Below, one piece after another: positions 1 through 10,400 of a stretch of DNA of 32,000 bases; the stretch's first letter is position 1, and each line of letters begins with the position of its first letter. Below the pieces are notes generated by a model that searched no databases, was not told where the DNA came from, and saw only the letters and a list, made by a program, of their open reading frames with translations. Source of the DNA: Pseudomonas aeruginosa. GTDB taxonomy: Bacteria; Pseudomonadota; Gammaproteobacteria; Pseudomonadales; Pseudomonadaceae. The DNA lies in contig NZ_LN831024.1 in the NCBI RefSeq assembly GCF_001457615.1, positions 5,220,001 through 5,252,000 on the forward strand, read 5' to 3'. Both the position numbers and the translations under genes were made by a program.

Positions 1-261
1 GCCTTGCTGCTGCGGCCAGCCGGGCATGTCCCTGGCGCGGATATCGCGGGCGAACACCTTGTTGCCGCAGACCTTGGACAAGGCGTCGTTACGGAAACGG
101 ACCTGACCGTTGCCCGCCATCCAGCGCTGGGCGGAAACGGTCACCTGGTTCTCGAACAAGGCAGCGAACGCCTGGCTGCCGAGCGGCGCCAGGGTGACAC
201 CCACGCCGGCGATCAACCCGCCCTGGAGAAAGGCGCGCCGGGATATATCACGGTTGGACAT
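1..261 (-). CDS. N-terminal fragment (87 codons, continues past window start) of a Tat-exported molybdopterin-binding oxidoreductase subunit, xanthine dehydrogenase/aldehyde oxidase family
   Basis: Absent from the ORF track because it is open at the window edge. My reverse-complement translation from the ATG at 261-259 reads MSNRDISRRAFLQGGLIAGVGVTLAPLGSQAFAALFENQVTVSAQRWMAGNGQVRFRNDALSKVCGNKVFARDIRARDMPGWPQQQG. It has a twin-arginine motif (SRRAFLQGG), a hydrophobic region and an AFA cleavage-like site. GAGGAA Shine-Dalgarno (complement of 267-272) lies 5 nt upstream. Confidence 0.6.
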   Translation of the reverse strand, partial: MSNRDISRRAFLQGGLIAGVGVTLAPLGSQAFAALFENQVTVSAQRWMAGNGQVRFRNDALSKVCGNKVFARDIRARDMPGWPQQQG

Positions 262-571
262 GCAAGTTCCTCTGGGTGGTACGGTTCCCACCCATGTCGT
301 TATTCAGGCTTGAACAGCTCGTCCGGACGGACGAGGTGGAGCACGCAGGCGGAAAAACCTGACTCAGGAGTTAATTTTAGCGACAAGTCGCACCCGAGGA
401 AAAGTCCCGTCTACCGCTGGAAGGACCCATGGACACTCGACTTTGGTCGCCTGCCAGGCCGGCTCCAACCTTTTCGTGCGCTTCTCTGAATCTTCGATTT
501 CGGCAATGGCAACAGCCAAGAGGTAACCACATGTTACTCTCCGCCCTCCTCTCGAAACGCCCGACCCCAGC

Positions 572-1783
572 ATGTCCAGCCAACCCAGCTCCCTGCTCCG
601 CCATCGTCCCTTCCTCGCCTTCTGGCTGGCCCGCGTCTGCACCGCCAGCGGCTTCCAGATGCTCACCGTGGCCATCGGCTGGCACATCTACGAACTGACC
701 GGCAATGTCCTCGACCTGGGCCTGGTAGGCCTGGTCGAATTCCTCCCGCGGGTACTGTTCATGCTCCACACCGGGCATGTTGCCGACCGCTACGACCGAC
801 GCAGAATCGCCGCCCTCTGCCAGGCCGGCCAGGCCCTGGTGGCGGTGGCACTGGTGCTCGGCGCGGCTTCGGGAGAGATCACCCGCAACATGATCTTCGT
901 CCTCGCCTTCGCCCTCGGTACCGCCCGCGCCTTCGAAATGCCGACCACCCAGGCGCTGCTGCCGAACCTGGTACCGGCCGGGCTGTTCCCGCGCGCGGTG
1001 GCCGCTTCGGCTTCGGCGATGCAGGCGGCGACCATTGCCGCCCCGGCCCTCGGCGGCCTGCTCTATGCGTTCGGTGCCTCCTGGGTCTACGTGCCGACCG
1101 CGACTCTCTACGTCCTCGCGTGCGTCCTGACGCTCAGCCTGCCGGTACGCAACCAGCCGCTCACCCAGGGCAAGGCCACCCTCGACTCGCTGCTCGCCGG
1201 CATCCGTTTCATCCGCAGCCGACCGGACATCTTCGGGGCAATCTCCCTCGACCTGTTCGCCGTGCTCCTCGGCGGCGCCACCGCCCTGCTCCCGGTGTTC
1301 GCCAAGGACATCCTGCTCACCGGGCCCTGGGGCCTCGGCCTGCTGCGCTCGGCTCCAGCGGTGGGCGCCCTGGCGATGTCGTTCTGGCTGGCGCACTTCA
1401 GCATCGAACGCAACGTCGGGCGGATCATGTTCCTCTCCGTGGGCATCTTCGGCCTGGCAACCATCGCCTTCGGCCTGTCGAAATCGTTCTGGCTGTCCCT
1501 CGGCGTGCTGGTGGTACTCGGCGCCGCGGACATGGTCAGCATGGTCATCCGCGGCGCCTTCGTGCAGCTCGAAACCCCCGACGAGATGCGCGGCCGGGTC
1601 AGCGCGGTGAACGGCCTGTTCATCGGCGCCTCGAACCAGCTCGGCGAGTTCGAGTCCGGGCTCACCGCACACTGGTTCGGCACGGTACCGGCAGTGGTCC
1701 TTGGCGGGATCGGCACCCTGGTGGTCACCGGAGCGTGGATGAAGCTGTTCCCTAGCCTGGCGCAACGCGACCGCCTGCACTGA
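572..1783 (+). CDS. MFS-family transporter (12-TM type, EntS/MFS_3-like)
   Basis: 403-aa ORF, hydrophobic throughout with repeated TM segments. N-terminus LRHRPFLAFWLARVCTASGFQMLTVAIGWHIY is typical of this MFS subgroup. High GC3. Position matches remembered PA4622. Confidence 0.85.
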   Translation: MSSQPSSLLRHRPFLAFWLARVCTASGFQMLTVAIGWHIYELTGNVLDLGLVGLVEFLPRVLFMLHTGHVADRYDRRRIAALCQAGQALVAVALVLGAASGEITRNMIFVLAFALGTARAFEMPTTQALLPNLVPAGLFPRAVAASASAMQAATIAAPALGGLLYAFGASWVYVPTATLYVLACVLTLSLPVRNQPLTQGKATLDSLLAGIRFIRSRPDIFGAISLDLFAVLLGGATALLPVFAKDILLTGPWGLGLLRSAPAVGALAMSFWLAHFSIERNVGRIMFLSVGIFGLATIAFGLSKSFWLSLGVLVVLGAADMVSMVIRGAFVQLETPDEMRGRVSAVNGLFIGASNQLGEFESGLTAHWFGTVPAVVLGGIGTLVVTGAWMKLFPSLAQRDRLH

Positions 1784-1887
1784 GGCCAATGCCGTCGCGC
1801 GCCGCTGCCCCGACAGCGGCGTATCGGCGATAACGCCTGGGGCGTTATCCGTCCTCCCCATGGAACACCGCACCTTCTCGGCAATAA

Positions 1888-1916
1888 GAAAGCCCGGCAT
1901 CGAGCCGGGCTTTTCT
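1888..1916. terminator. Bidirectional rho-independent terminator between convergent MFS gene and the small repeat-protein gene
   Basis: AGCCCGGC (1891-1898) / loop ATCGA / GCCGGGCT (1904-1911). Flanked by AAGAAA upstream and TTTTCT downstream, so either strand reads stem plus U-tract. Confidence 0.6.
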
Positions 1917-1942
1917 CGCACCTTGCGGCGTGATCCGCGGTG

Positions 1943-2332
1943 TCAGGCGGGGCGCCGCATCTCCCGATGCAGGCGGTCGACGGTGCGCTCGCTACCGTTG
2001 TCGGCCAGGCGCAGATCGACGCGCCCCATGTCCTTGTGCAGACGGTCGACGGTCTGTTCGCTGCCGTTCTCGGCCAGGCGCGCCTCGCGGCTGGTCATGT
2101 CGCGGTGCAAGCGATCGATGGTCTGCTCGCTGCCGCTTTCGGCGACCCGGCGTTCTTCCTGGACGCGCGGCGCCTGGGTCTTGCGCAGGCGTTCGAGGGT
2201 ACGGTCGGAACCGTCGGAGGCGATCAGTTGTTGGGCACCGCGCAGGGCGATGGATTCGACCCGCGGTGCAGCGAAGGCGGCATTGGCGGTCAGGGTAGCA
2301 AGGGCGATGGCGAGGATCAGCGGGCGTTTCAT
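1943..2332 (-). CDS. Small secreted/periplasmic protein made of four tandem ~23-aa charged repeats (hypothetical; PA4623-like position)
   Basis: 129 aa. Sec signal MKRPLILAIALATLTANAAFA|AP. Repeats: SDGSDRTLERLRK / ESGSEQTIDRLHRDM / ENGSEQTVDRLHKDM / DNGSERTVDRLHREM. DNA periodicity of 69, 69 and 78 nt (repeat cores start at 1969, 2038, 2107, 2185 on the + strand). GGAG lies 10 nt upstream of the ATG. Confidence 0.7.
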   Translation of the reverse strand: MKRPLILAIALATLTANAAFAAPRVESIALRGAQQLIASDGSDRTLERLRKTQAPRVQEERRVAESGSEQTIDRLHRDMTSREARLAENGSEQTVDRLHKDMGRVDLRLADNGSERTVDRLHREMRRPA

Positions 2333-2572
2333 GGCAGTGGCTCCAGGTATTCGTTACGTGGGGCCATTCTCTGTTCGGGAAACTCGATTGGAAAACGAAG
2401 CGCGCCAATAGTATTCATCGACGTTTGAAATAGTGCGAAGAACCGCTCTAGTACAGGAGTTACAGCAAGAATACGCCTCTCCGACCGGCCTTGGCACGGA
2501 TTGACGGCATCGATATGAAAAATCGAAGAAATCGAAAGTTTGAGAAGAACACTCGGAATTGAGCACGAACCT

Positions 2573-2625
2573 CCCTCTCCGCAGAACCGGAGAGGGGCTC
2601 CGTCAGCAGCCTCCGGAACGGAGGC
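2573..2625 (-). terminator. Two tandem GC-rich hairpins just downstream of cdrB stop (putative cdrAB operon terminator, no clean U-tract)
   Basis: CCCTCTCCG (2573-2581)/CGGAGAGGG (2588-2596), a 9-bp perfect stem. CCTCCG (2611-2616)/CGGAGG (2620-2625). Both lie 10-60 nt beyond the TGA at 2637-2635. Confidence 0.35.
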
Positions 2626-2634
2626 CGGCAGGGT

Positions 2635-4344
2635 TCAGAAGCGCGCCACCACGTTGAACAGGACCCGCGTCTCGCGCTTCCCATCACGCTGGTCGGCTGG
2701 CTCGCCGATGACCTGGCGGGCAATCTCCGGGTTGAACGACAACTGGTCGGTGAGGTTGAAGCGCACCCCGGCACCGATCGAGCCGAGCTTCTGCTGCTCG
2801 TCATCGTCCACGTCGAGGTTGTAGGTCTTGCCCCAGTCGTAGAAAGCGTAGGCCTGGTAGCTGCGCAGCCAGCTATAGCCCACCGCCTGGCCATAGCGCG
2901 GTTCGAGCTTCAGGGCGAAGCCACGGTCACCGGTGATGTTGCCCGGGGCGAAGCCGCGACCGATCCCGCTGCCGCCGACGCCGAAGCGCTCGCTCGGCAG
3001 CAACGGGTCGAAGCTGTACTGCCATTGCAACTCGCCATACACCGACCAGGGTCCGCCGAGCCCTTGCAGACGCCCGATGTTGCCGTTGAGATAGACGAAA
3101 CGTCCGTCGGCCACTTCGCGGGAACGACGTTCATCGTCCTTCTTGGTCGCGCCCCACATGTCCAGGCCGATGTTGTTGCGCACCTCCGCCAGGTTGATGC
3201 CCATCCAGCGGTCGACCCAGTCATAGGTCAGGCGTTGCTGGAACACCCGCACATGGTCACGACCGGGGTTCGAGGCGTCGCTGGCGAAGTCGCGCAGGCG
3301 GGTCTCGGTATCCTTCCACTGCAACGCCAGGCCGCCGCTCAGGTTCTGCGAGCGCGAGCGGATGAAGGGATGGTTGTAGGAAATGCTGCCTTCGGTGCTC
3401 TTGCTGACGCTGTCGAAGGGGAATACCGAGTCCGGGATGTCCGGGTTGACCTTCGAATAGGAACCCATGATCTGCAGGGTATCGCCGGCGAACATGCCAC
3501 CCAGCGGCAACGTGCCGCGCAACTGGATGTAGCGGGTGGCATCGCTGAACGGCGAGATCGCGCCGAGCACGTCGATCTGCTCGTAGAAGCCCAGGCGGGA
3601 GAACTCGGTGGCGCCGAAGGCCAGGGTGGTCGGGTCGGTGTAGTGCGAGCCGCGGTTGTCGAGGCTGACGAAGCCTTCGTATCGCTGCTGTTGCAAGGCC
3701 ACGTCGAGGTTCGACGAGCCCAGCGCCTGACCCGGGCTGAGCACGCTCTGCACGTTGACCCCCGGCAGGTCGCCGACCAGCAGCAGGCCGCGCTCCAGGG
3801 TATCGGCATCCAGCGGACGTTTTTCGGTCAGCGGCGCGAGCAGTTCCTCCACTCGCACCCGCGGCCCATCGACGGTTCCCTTGATCTGCACGTGTTCGAG
3901 GTAACCCTCGATCACCTGCAGGCGTACCTTGCCGCCCTCGATGCTCTGCTCCGGCACCACTACCTGGGTCAACAGGTAGCCGTCCTGGCGGTACTTGGCG
4001 GTGAGGCGGTTGGCCAGGTCGACCAGTTCGGCCAGGGACACCTGCTTGCCGAGCATATGCTGGTAATAGGACTCGAGCACCGCCTTGTCATAGCGGGTGT
4101 TGCCTTCGATGCGTATCTCGCGCAGTTCGAAGCGGATCTGTTCGCTGCCTTGCGGCGCGACCTGCTTGGGCACCACCAGCGGCGCCTCGGGCTTGGCTTG
4201 CGGCTCGCTGCGGGGCTTGAAGCGTTCATCGAGCTGGGATGGCTGTACAGTCCCTGGCAACTCCACGGCGGCGGCGGAAGCAGCCAGCATCCCGCAGCCA
4301 CAGAGCGTCACCCAGCGAAGCGTCCATTGCGAAGGTTTCATCAT
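2635..4344 (-). CDS. cdrB: TpsB outer-membrane transporter of two-partner secretion (ShlB/FhaC/HecB family, POTRA + 16-strand beta-barrel)
   Basis: 569 aa. Signal peptide MMKPSQWTLRWVTLCGCGMLAASAAA. POTRA-like N-terminal region (IRFELREIRIEGNTRY..). The beta-barrel C-terminus ends in the aromatic terminal motif ..LFNVVARF. It lies 59 bp downstream of the TpsA gene. GAGGTGA precedes two ATGs, and the second ATG (4341) has the better spacing. Confidence 0.9.
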   Translation of the reverse strand: MMKPSQWTLRWVTLCGCGMLAASAAAVELPGTVQPSQLDERFKPRSEPQAKPEAPLVVPKQVAPQGSEQIRFELREIRIEGNTRYDKAVLESYYQHMLGKQVSLAELVDLANRLTAKYRQDGYLLTQVVVPEQSIEGGKVRLQVIEGYLEHVQIKGTVDGPRVRVEELLAPLTEKRPLDADTLERGLLLVGDLPGVNVQSVLSPGQALGSSNLDVALQQQRYEGFVSLDNRGSHYTDPTTLAFGATEFSRLGFYEQIDVLGAISPFSDATRYIQLRGTLPLGGMFAGDTLQIMGSYSKVNPDIPDSVFPFDSVSKSTEGSISYNHPFIRSRSQNLSGGLALQWKDTETRLRDFASDASNPGRDHVRVFQQRLTYDWVDRWMGINLAEVRNNIGLDMWGATKKDDERRSREVADGRFVYLNGNIGRLQGLGGPWSVYGELQWQYSFDPLLPSERFGVGGSGIGRGFAPGNITGDRGFALKLEPRYGQAVGYSWLRSYQAYAFYDWGKTYNLDVDDDEQQKLGSIGAGVRFNLTDQLSFNPEIARQVIGEPADQRDGKRETRVLFNVVARF

Positions 4345-4403
4345 TCACCTCGGGCAGATGACGCACTACCGCCCGGAGACGATAGTGCGCATTGCGAAAA
4401 GGG

Positions 4404-7400
4404 TTAGAAATTCAGAGGCTTGTTGAAGCAGCTCCAGTAGTCGGCCAGGTAGCTCTGGTTCGAGCAACCCGCCCCACTCTCGGCCTCTGCCCTGAGCGGA
4501 CGATCGGTGAACTGCCCCACCCGCTTGGCACTGGCGTCCTCCGCCGGACCCGCGGCGGTAGCCGGCAGCAGGTTAGGATCGCTGACGTCCATGCCCAGAG
4601 CGTAGGCGCGCAGGAACGGGTTTTCGAGGAACGGGTTTTCCAGCGTGGTGGTGCGGTAGACCGCATCCCCGGGAGTATCCGGATCGCGCCCCTTCTGCAG
4701 TTCGCGCAAGTCGGAGAGCGCTGCCAGTTGCCCCAGGTCGCCCGGCGTGACCGGCAGCGGCAGGATGCTCAGCAGGTTGCCCTGGTAGTTGAGCTGGTAG
4801 TTGCCGCTGGTGAGGGCAAGCCCACCCTGGAGGATGTCGTACTGGCCTACGGCTTCGCCGCCCACCCGACCGAGCCCGCCGGCGAGCACCTGACCGGCGC
4901 TATCGCCATTCTTCAGGCCGGAAACCTGATAGGTCAGCGCCGGGTCGGCGGTGCCGACCTGCTTGCTCTTGGCATCGGCGAATACGTTGAGCAGCGCCTT
5001 GGTGATGGTCAGGTCATTGCCCTGGTAGGCCAGGTCATAGTTGCCACTGGTCAGCACCAGGCCGCCCTGGTTGATGCCATACACACCCACGTTCTCGCCT
5101 GCGTCGCGGTTCAGCCCGCCGGTCAGGATCGAGCCGGCGCTGTCACCGTTCTTCAGGCCGCTGACCTGGTAGGTCAGGCTCGGGTCAGCGTCGCCATAGA
5201 CCTTGGTCTTGCCGTCGGCGATCACATTGAGCAGCGCCTTGGTGATGGTCAGGTTGTTGCCCTGGTAAGCCAGGTCATAGTTACCGCTGACCAGGCCCAG
5301 TCCACCCTGGTTGATGCCGTACACGCCGACATTCTCGCCAGCCACGCGGCTCAGGCTGCCACCGTTGAGCACCGCGCCAGCGGTATCGCCGTTCTTCAGG
5401 CCACTGACCTGGTAGGTCAGGCTGGGATCGGCATCGCCGTAGACCTTGGTCTTGCCGTCGGCGATCACATTCAACAGTGCCTTGGTGATGGTCAGGTTGT
5501 TGCCCTGGTAGCTCAGATCGTAGTTGCCGCTGTTCAATGCCAGGTCGCCCTGGTTGATGCCATACACACCCACGTTCTCGCCTGCGGCGCGGTTCAGCCC
5601 GCCGGTCAGGATCGAACCGGCGCTGTCACCGTTCTTCAGGCCGCTGACCTGGTAGGTCAGGCTCGGGTCGGCATCGCCGTAGACCTTGGTCTTGGCATCG
5701 GCGATCACATTGAGCAGTGCCTTGGTGATGGTCAGGTTGTTGCCCTGGTAGCTCAGGTCGTAGTTACCGCTGTTCAATGCCAGGTCGCCCTGGTTGATGC
5801 CATACACACCCACGTTCTCGCCTGCGGCGCGGTTCAGCCCGCCGGTCAGGATCGAACCGGCGCTGTCGCCGTTCTTCAGGCCGCTGACCTGGTAGGTCAG
5901 GCTCGGATCGGCATCGCCGTAGACCTTGGTCTTGGCGTCGGCGATCACATTCAGCAGCGCCTTGGTGATGGTCAGGTTGTTGCCCTGGTAAGCCAGGTCA
6001 TAGTTACCGCTGACCAGACCCAGGCCACCCTGCTGAATCGCATAGTTGCCTACGTTTTCGCCGGAGACACGAACCAGGCCGCCGCCATTAAGCACCGCGC
6101 CAGCGGTATCGCCATTCTTCAGGCCGCTGACCTGGTAGGTCAGGCTCGGGTCGGCATCGCCGTAGACCTTGGTCTTGGCGTCGGCGATCACATTCAGCAG
6201 CGCCTTGGTGATGGTCAGGTTATTGCCCTGGTAGCTCAGGTCGTAGTTACCGCTGTTCAATGCCAGGTCGCCCTGGTTGATGCCATACACACCCACGTTC
6301 TCGCCTGCGGCGCGGTTCAGCCCGCCGGTCAGGATCGAACCGGCGCTGTCACCGTTCTTCAGGCCGCTGACCTGGTAGGTCAGGCTCGGGTCGGCATCGC
6401 CATAGACCTTGGTCTTGCCGTCGGCGATCACATTCAGCAGTGCCTTGGTGATGGTCAGGTTATTGCCCTGGTAAGCCAGGTCATAGTTACCGCTGACCAG
6501 ACCCAGACCACCCTGCTGAATCGCATAGTTGCCTACGTTTTCGCCGGAGACACGAACCAGGCCGCCGCCATTGAGCACCGCGCCAGCGGTATCGCCATTC
6601 TTCAGGCCGCTGACCTGGTAGGTCAGGCTCGGGTCGGCATCGCCATAGACCTTGGTCTTGGCGTCGGCGATCACATTCAGCAGCGCCTTGGTAATGGTCA
6701 GGTTGTTGCCCTGGTAGCTCAGATCGTAGTTGCCGCTGTTCAATGCCAGGTCGCCCTGGTTGATGCCGTACACGCCGACATTCTCGCCAGCCACGCGGCT
6801 CAGGCCGCCGCCATTGAGCACCGCGCCAGCGGTATCGCCATTCTTCAGGCCGCTGACCTGGTAGGTCAGGCTCGGGTCGGCATCGCCATAGACCTTGGTC
6901 TTGGCGTCGGCGATCACATTCAGCAGCGCCTTGGTGATGGTCAGGTTATTGCCCTGGTAGCTCAGGTCGTAGTTACCGCTGTTCAATGCCAGGTCGCCCT
7001 GGTTGATGCCGTACACGCCGACATTCTCGCCAGCCACGCGGCTCAGGCTGCCACCGTTGAGCACCGCGCCAGCGGTATCACCGTTCTTCAGGCCGCTGAC
7101 CTGGTAGGTCAGGCTCGGATCGGCATCGCCGTAGACCTTGGTCTTGGCGTCGGCGATCACATTCAGCAGCGCCTTGGTGATGGTCAGGTTGTTGCCCTGG
7201 TAAGCCAGGTCATAGTTACCGCTGACCAGACCCAGGCCACCCTGCTGAATCGCATAGTTGCCTACGTTTTCGCCGGAGACACGAACCAGGCCGCCGCCAT
7301 TGAGCACCGCGCCAGCGGTATCGCCATTCTTCAGGCCGCTGACCTGGTAGGTCAGGCTCGGGTCGGCATCGCCATAGACCTTGGTCTTGGCGTCGGCGAT

Positions 7401-10400
7401 CACATTCAGCAGCGCCTTGGTGATGGTCAGGTTGTTGCCCTGGTAGCTCAGATCGTAGTTGCCGCTGTTCAATGCCAGGTCGCCCTGGTTGATGCCGTAC
7501 ACGCCGACATTCTCGCCAGCCACGCGGCTCAGGCTGCCGCCGTTGAGCACCGCGCCAGCGGTATCGCCATTCTTCAGGCCGCTGACCTGGTAGGTCAGGC
7601 TCGGATCGGCATCGCCGTAGACCTTGGTCTTGGCATCGGCGATCACATTCAGCAGCGCCTTGGTGATGGTCAGGTTATTGCCCTGGTAGCTCAGGTCGTA
7701 GTTCGCGCTGAGCAGGCCCAGTCCACCCTGGTTGATGCCGTACACGCCGACATTCTCGCCAGCCACGCGGCTCAGGCTGCCGCCGTTGAGCACGGCACCG
7801 GCGGTGTCGCCGTTCTTCAGCCCGGACACCTGGTAGGTCAGTGCCGGATCGGCATCGCCATAGACCTTGGTCTTGGCATCGGCGATCACATTGAGCAGTG
7901 CCTTGGTGATGGTCAGGTTATTGCCCTGGTAGTTCAGGGTGTAATTGCTGCTGACCAGGCCCAGTCCACCCTGGTTGATGCCGTACACGCCGACGTTCTC
8001 GCCAGCCACGCGGCTCAGGCTGCCGCCGTTGAGCACGGCACCGGCGGTATCGCCGCGCTTGAGACCGGAGACCTGGTAGGTCAGCGCCGGATCCAGGTCG
8101 CCGTAGACCTTGGTCTTGGCATCGGCGATCACGTTCAGTTGTGCCGGGGTGATGCGCAGGTCGTTGCCGACGTAGCTGAGGGTGTAATTGGCCGTGTTGA
8201 GGCCCAGCCCGCCCTGGAGTATCCCGTAGTTGCCGACGTTCTCCCCGGCCACCCGGCCGAGGTTGCCGCTCAGCACGCCAGCGGCGGTATCGCTGTTCTT
8301 CAGGCCACTGACCTGGTAGGTGAGGGTCGGATCGGCGTCGCCATAGACCTTGGTCTTGGCGTCGGCGCTGACGATCAATTGCGCCGGCGTGACGGTCAGC
8401 TTGCCGTCCTGGCGCACCAGTTGGTAACGCTGGCTGAAATACTCGCTGCCATTGGCGTTACCGGTGATCGCGTACTGCCCGACATTCGACGCCTGGGTCG
8501 CCGTGGTGCTGGCGGTCGCCTGGTAGAGGTCGTTGAACTGACTGTTGACGTAGGCGTCGATGGCGTTGATGCCGGACATCGTGGCCGTCAGAGTCGGATT
8601 CACATCACCGTAGACGCGGGTAGCGTCATTGGCGGTCAGGGTGGCGGTCTGCTGGCGGGAAAGGATGTCGCCGGCAGTGGTGGTGGTCTTGAACATCTCC
8701 ACCTGGGCGCGCTCGGCGAAGCTGTTGAACGCTCCCTCGCGCATGAACAGGTCCAGGCGGGTATCGACGCGGCTGGTCTTGCCGCCGAGGCCGAAGATCA
8801 GTTCCTCGGTCAGGCCGGTGCCGACGTCGTACTGCAGCTCGTCGGTCACGCCGATCACGCCGCCGAAGCCCTTGACGCCCCAACTGGTGCCCCAGTTTCC
8901 GGTCCAGGTGGTGACGCTGCCGTTGCCGGCGGCGACGGTGAACCCGCTGGGCGCACCGCCGTTCGGGGTGGCGGTGACGTTGCTGCCGTTGACCTGGTAG
9001 CGCAGGTTGGTCACCAGGTAGTCCGACGAGTCGTTGGTCGGGAAACTGGCGGAACCGCTGACCCGCCGATAGGGCAGCGCGGTGAACACCAGGCGGTCGA
9101 ACTCGCTGTTGCCGTCGGCGGTCAGCGTGTAGTTGCCGGTGGTGCCGACGCTGTTGGCCTCGAGAATCCGCGTGCCGACGCTGGAGACGATGTTCTGCGC
9201 GGTGCCGGTCATGCTCTGGTTGATGAACGGATCGAACACCGTGCCGCTCGTGGTCACGCCGGTGGCGTTGCTCTGCCGGTACTTGAGCGTACCGTTGAAG
9301 GTCTGCAGCGCCAGGTTGCCGGCGTAGTTGTCCCAGGAAGCCAGGTCGATGCTACCAGCGCGGCCGGCGAGGTTGGCGGCGATCAATGCGGTACCGGCCT
9401 GCTGGCTGATCTTGCCGGCGGTGCTGGTCTGCATCCACAGGGTGCCGCTGCCCAGGTCGACGATGCCGCTGGTCTGCGGCGTGCCGCCGCTGAGGAAGCT
9501 GATGTTGCCGCCGGCGCGGATTGCCAGGCTGCCGTTGCGGAACAGGATCGGCGCAGAGATATCCACCGCACCGGCAGGTCCGGTGGCGATCAGCTCCAGG
9601 CCGCGACTGGCGCCGCCCAGGTTGCTGGTGATCAGCGGCGCTTCCACCGACAGCCGGTCGCTGGCGCTGAGGGTCACCTTGCCGCCTGCCAGCGCACCGG
9701 TAACCACCGAGGCATTCACCGTCGCGTCGCCGCTGGCGCCGTTGGCGCCCCCCACCGAGCCGGAGGTGCCGCCGGATGCGACGATGCGCAGGGTGGTCGG
9801 GTCGAGCAGCCAGGTGCCACCGTTGCCGTAGGGTGCGGCGACGCTGACGTAGGCGCTGTCGGCGATGCTCAGGTTGACCTTGCCGGAGGTCTCCACCAGG
9901 CCGCCGTTGCCGCCCTGGGCGCCGCCGCGCGCGAGGATCCGCCCGTCCATGCGGGTATTGCCGTCGGACCAGACCACCGCCAGGCCGCCATTGCCCTTGC
10001 CGGTAGCCGAGACGTCGATGCTGGCGCCCTTGGCCAGCGTAGCGTTCTTCGCTCGTGGCAACTCGCCGCGGCCCTGGAAGTCGCCGCCGATGCGCACGCT
10101 GCCGCCCTGTGCGGCGCCGCGGGCGTCGATGCTGGCGGTGCTCGCCAGGGCCACCTGCTGCCCGCTGACCAGCACGTCGCCGCCGCTCTTCGGACCGCTG
10201 ACGTCGATCTTGCCGGCGACCTGGATGTCCCCGGACTTGCTTACCAGCGCTACGCTGCCCTCGCGCACCTCGGTGCCGCGGGCGAGGATCACGCCGGACA
10301 GGTTGACCGCGTTGTCGACCACCCGGGAAGCCTGCTCGGCGGTGATCAGCACGCTACCGCCGTCGGCCTGGATCGCGCCGCCGTTGCTGACCAGCGCCTG

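Noticed and set aside
4-489. A 161-aa plus-strand ORF at the window start
   Set aside because: It is antisense to the Tat-signal oxidoreductase N-terminus (1-261, minus strand) and then runs through the intergenic region. It has no RBS or recognisable motif.
377-1921. Long antisense ORFs opposite real genes. Examples: 377-1921(-) versus MFS; 3025-4407(+) versus cdrB; 13294-15039(-) versus lysP; 18777-20882(-) versus the chemoreceptor; 23043-24239(-) versus the acyltransferase; 26714-27979(-) versus mqo; 11774-12742(-) and 12609-13736(-) versus hprA/rsmC
   Set aside because: All are Arg/Ala/Gly/Pro-rich with no family motifs or RBS. Each is mirrored by an opposite-strand ORF with clear family signatures. 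They are typical high-GC shadow frames.
4773-8399. A regular 240/243-bp periodicity that could superficially suggest a CRISPR-like or satellite array
   Set aside because: There are no short conserved repeats alternating with unique spacers. The whole unit is repeated, in frame, and encodes a conserved protein domain. It is a coding tandem repeat.
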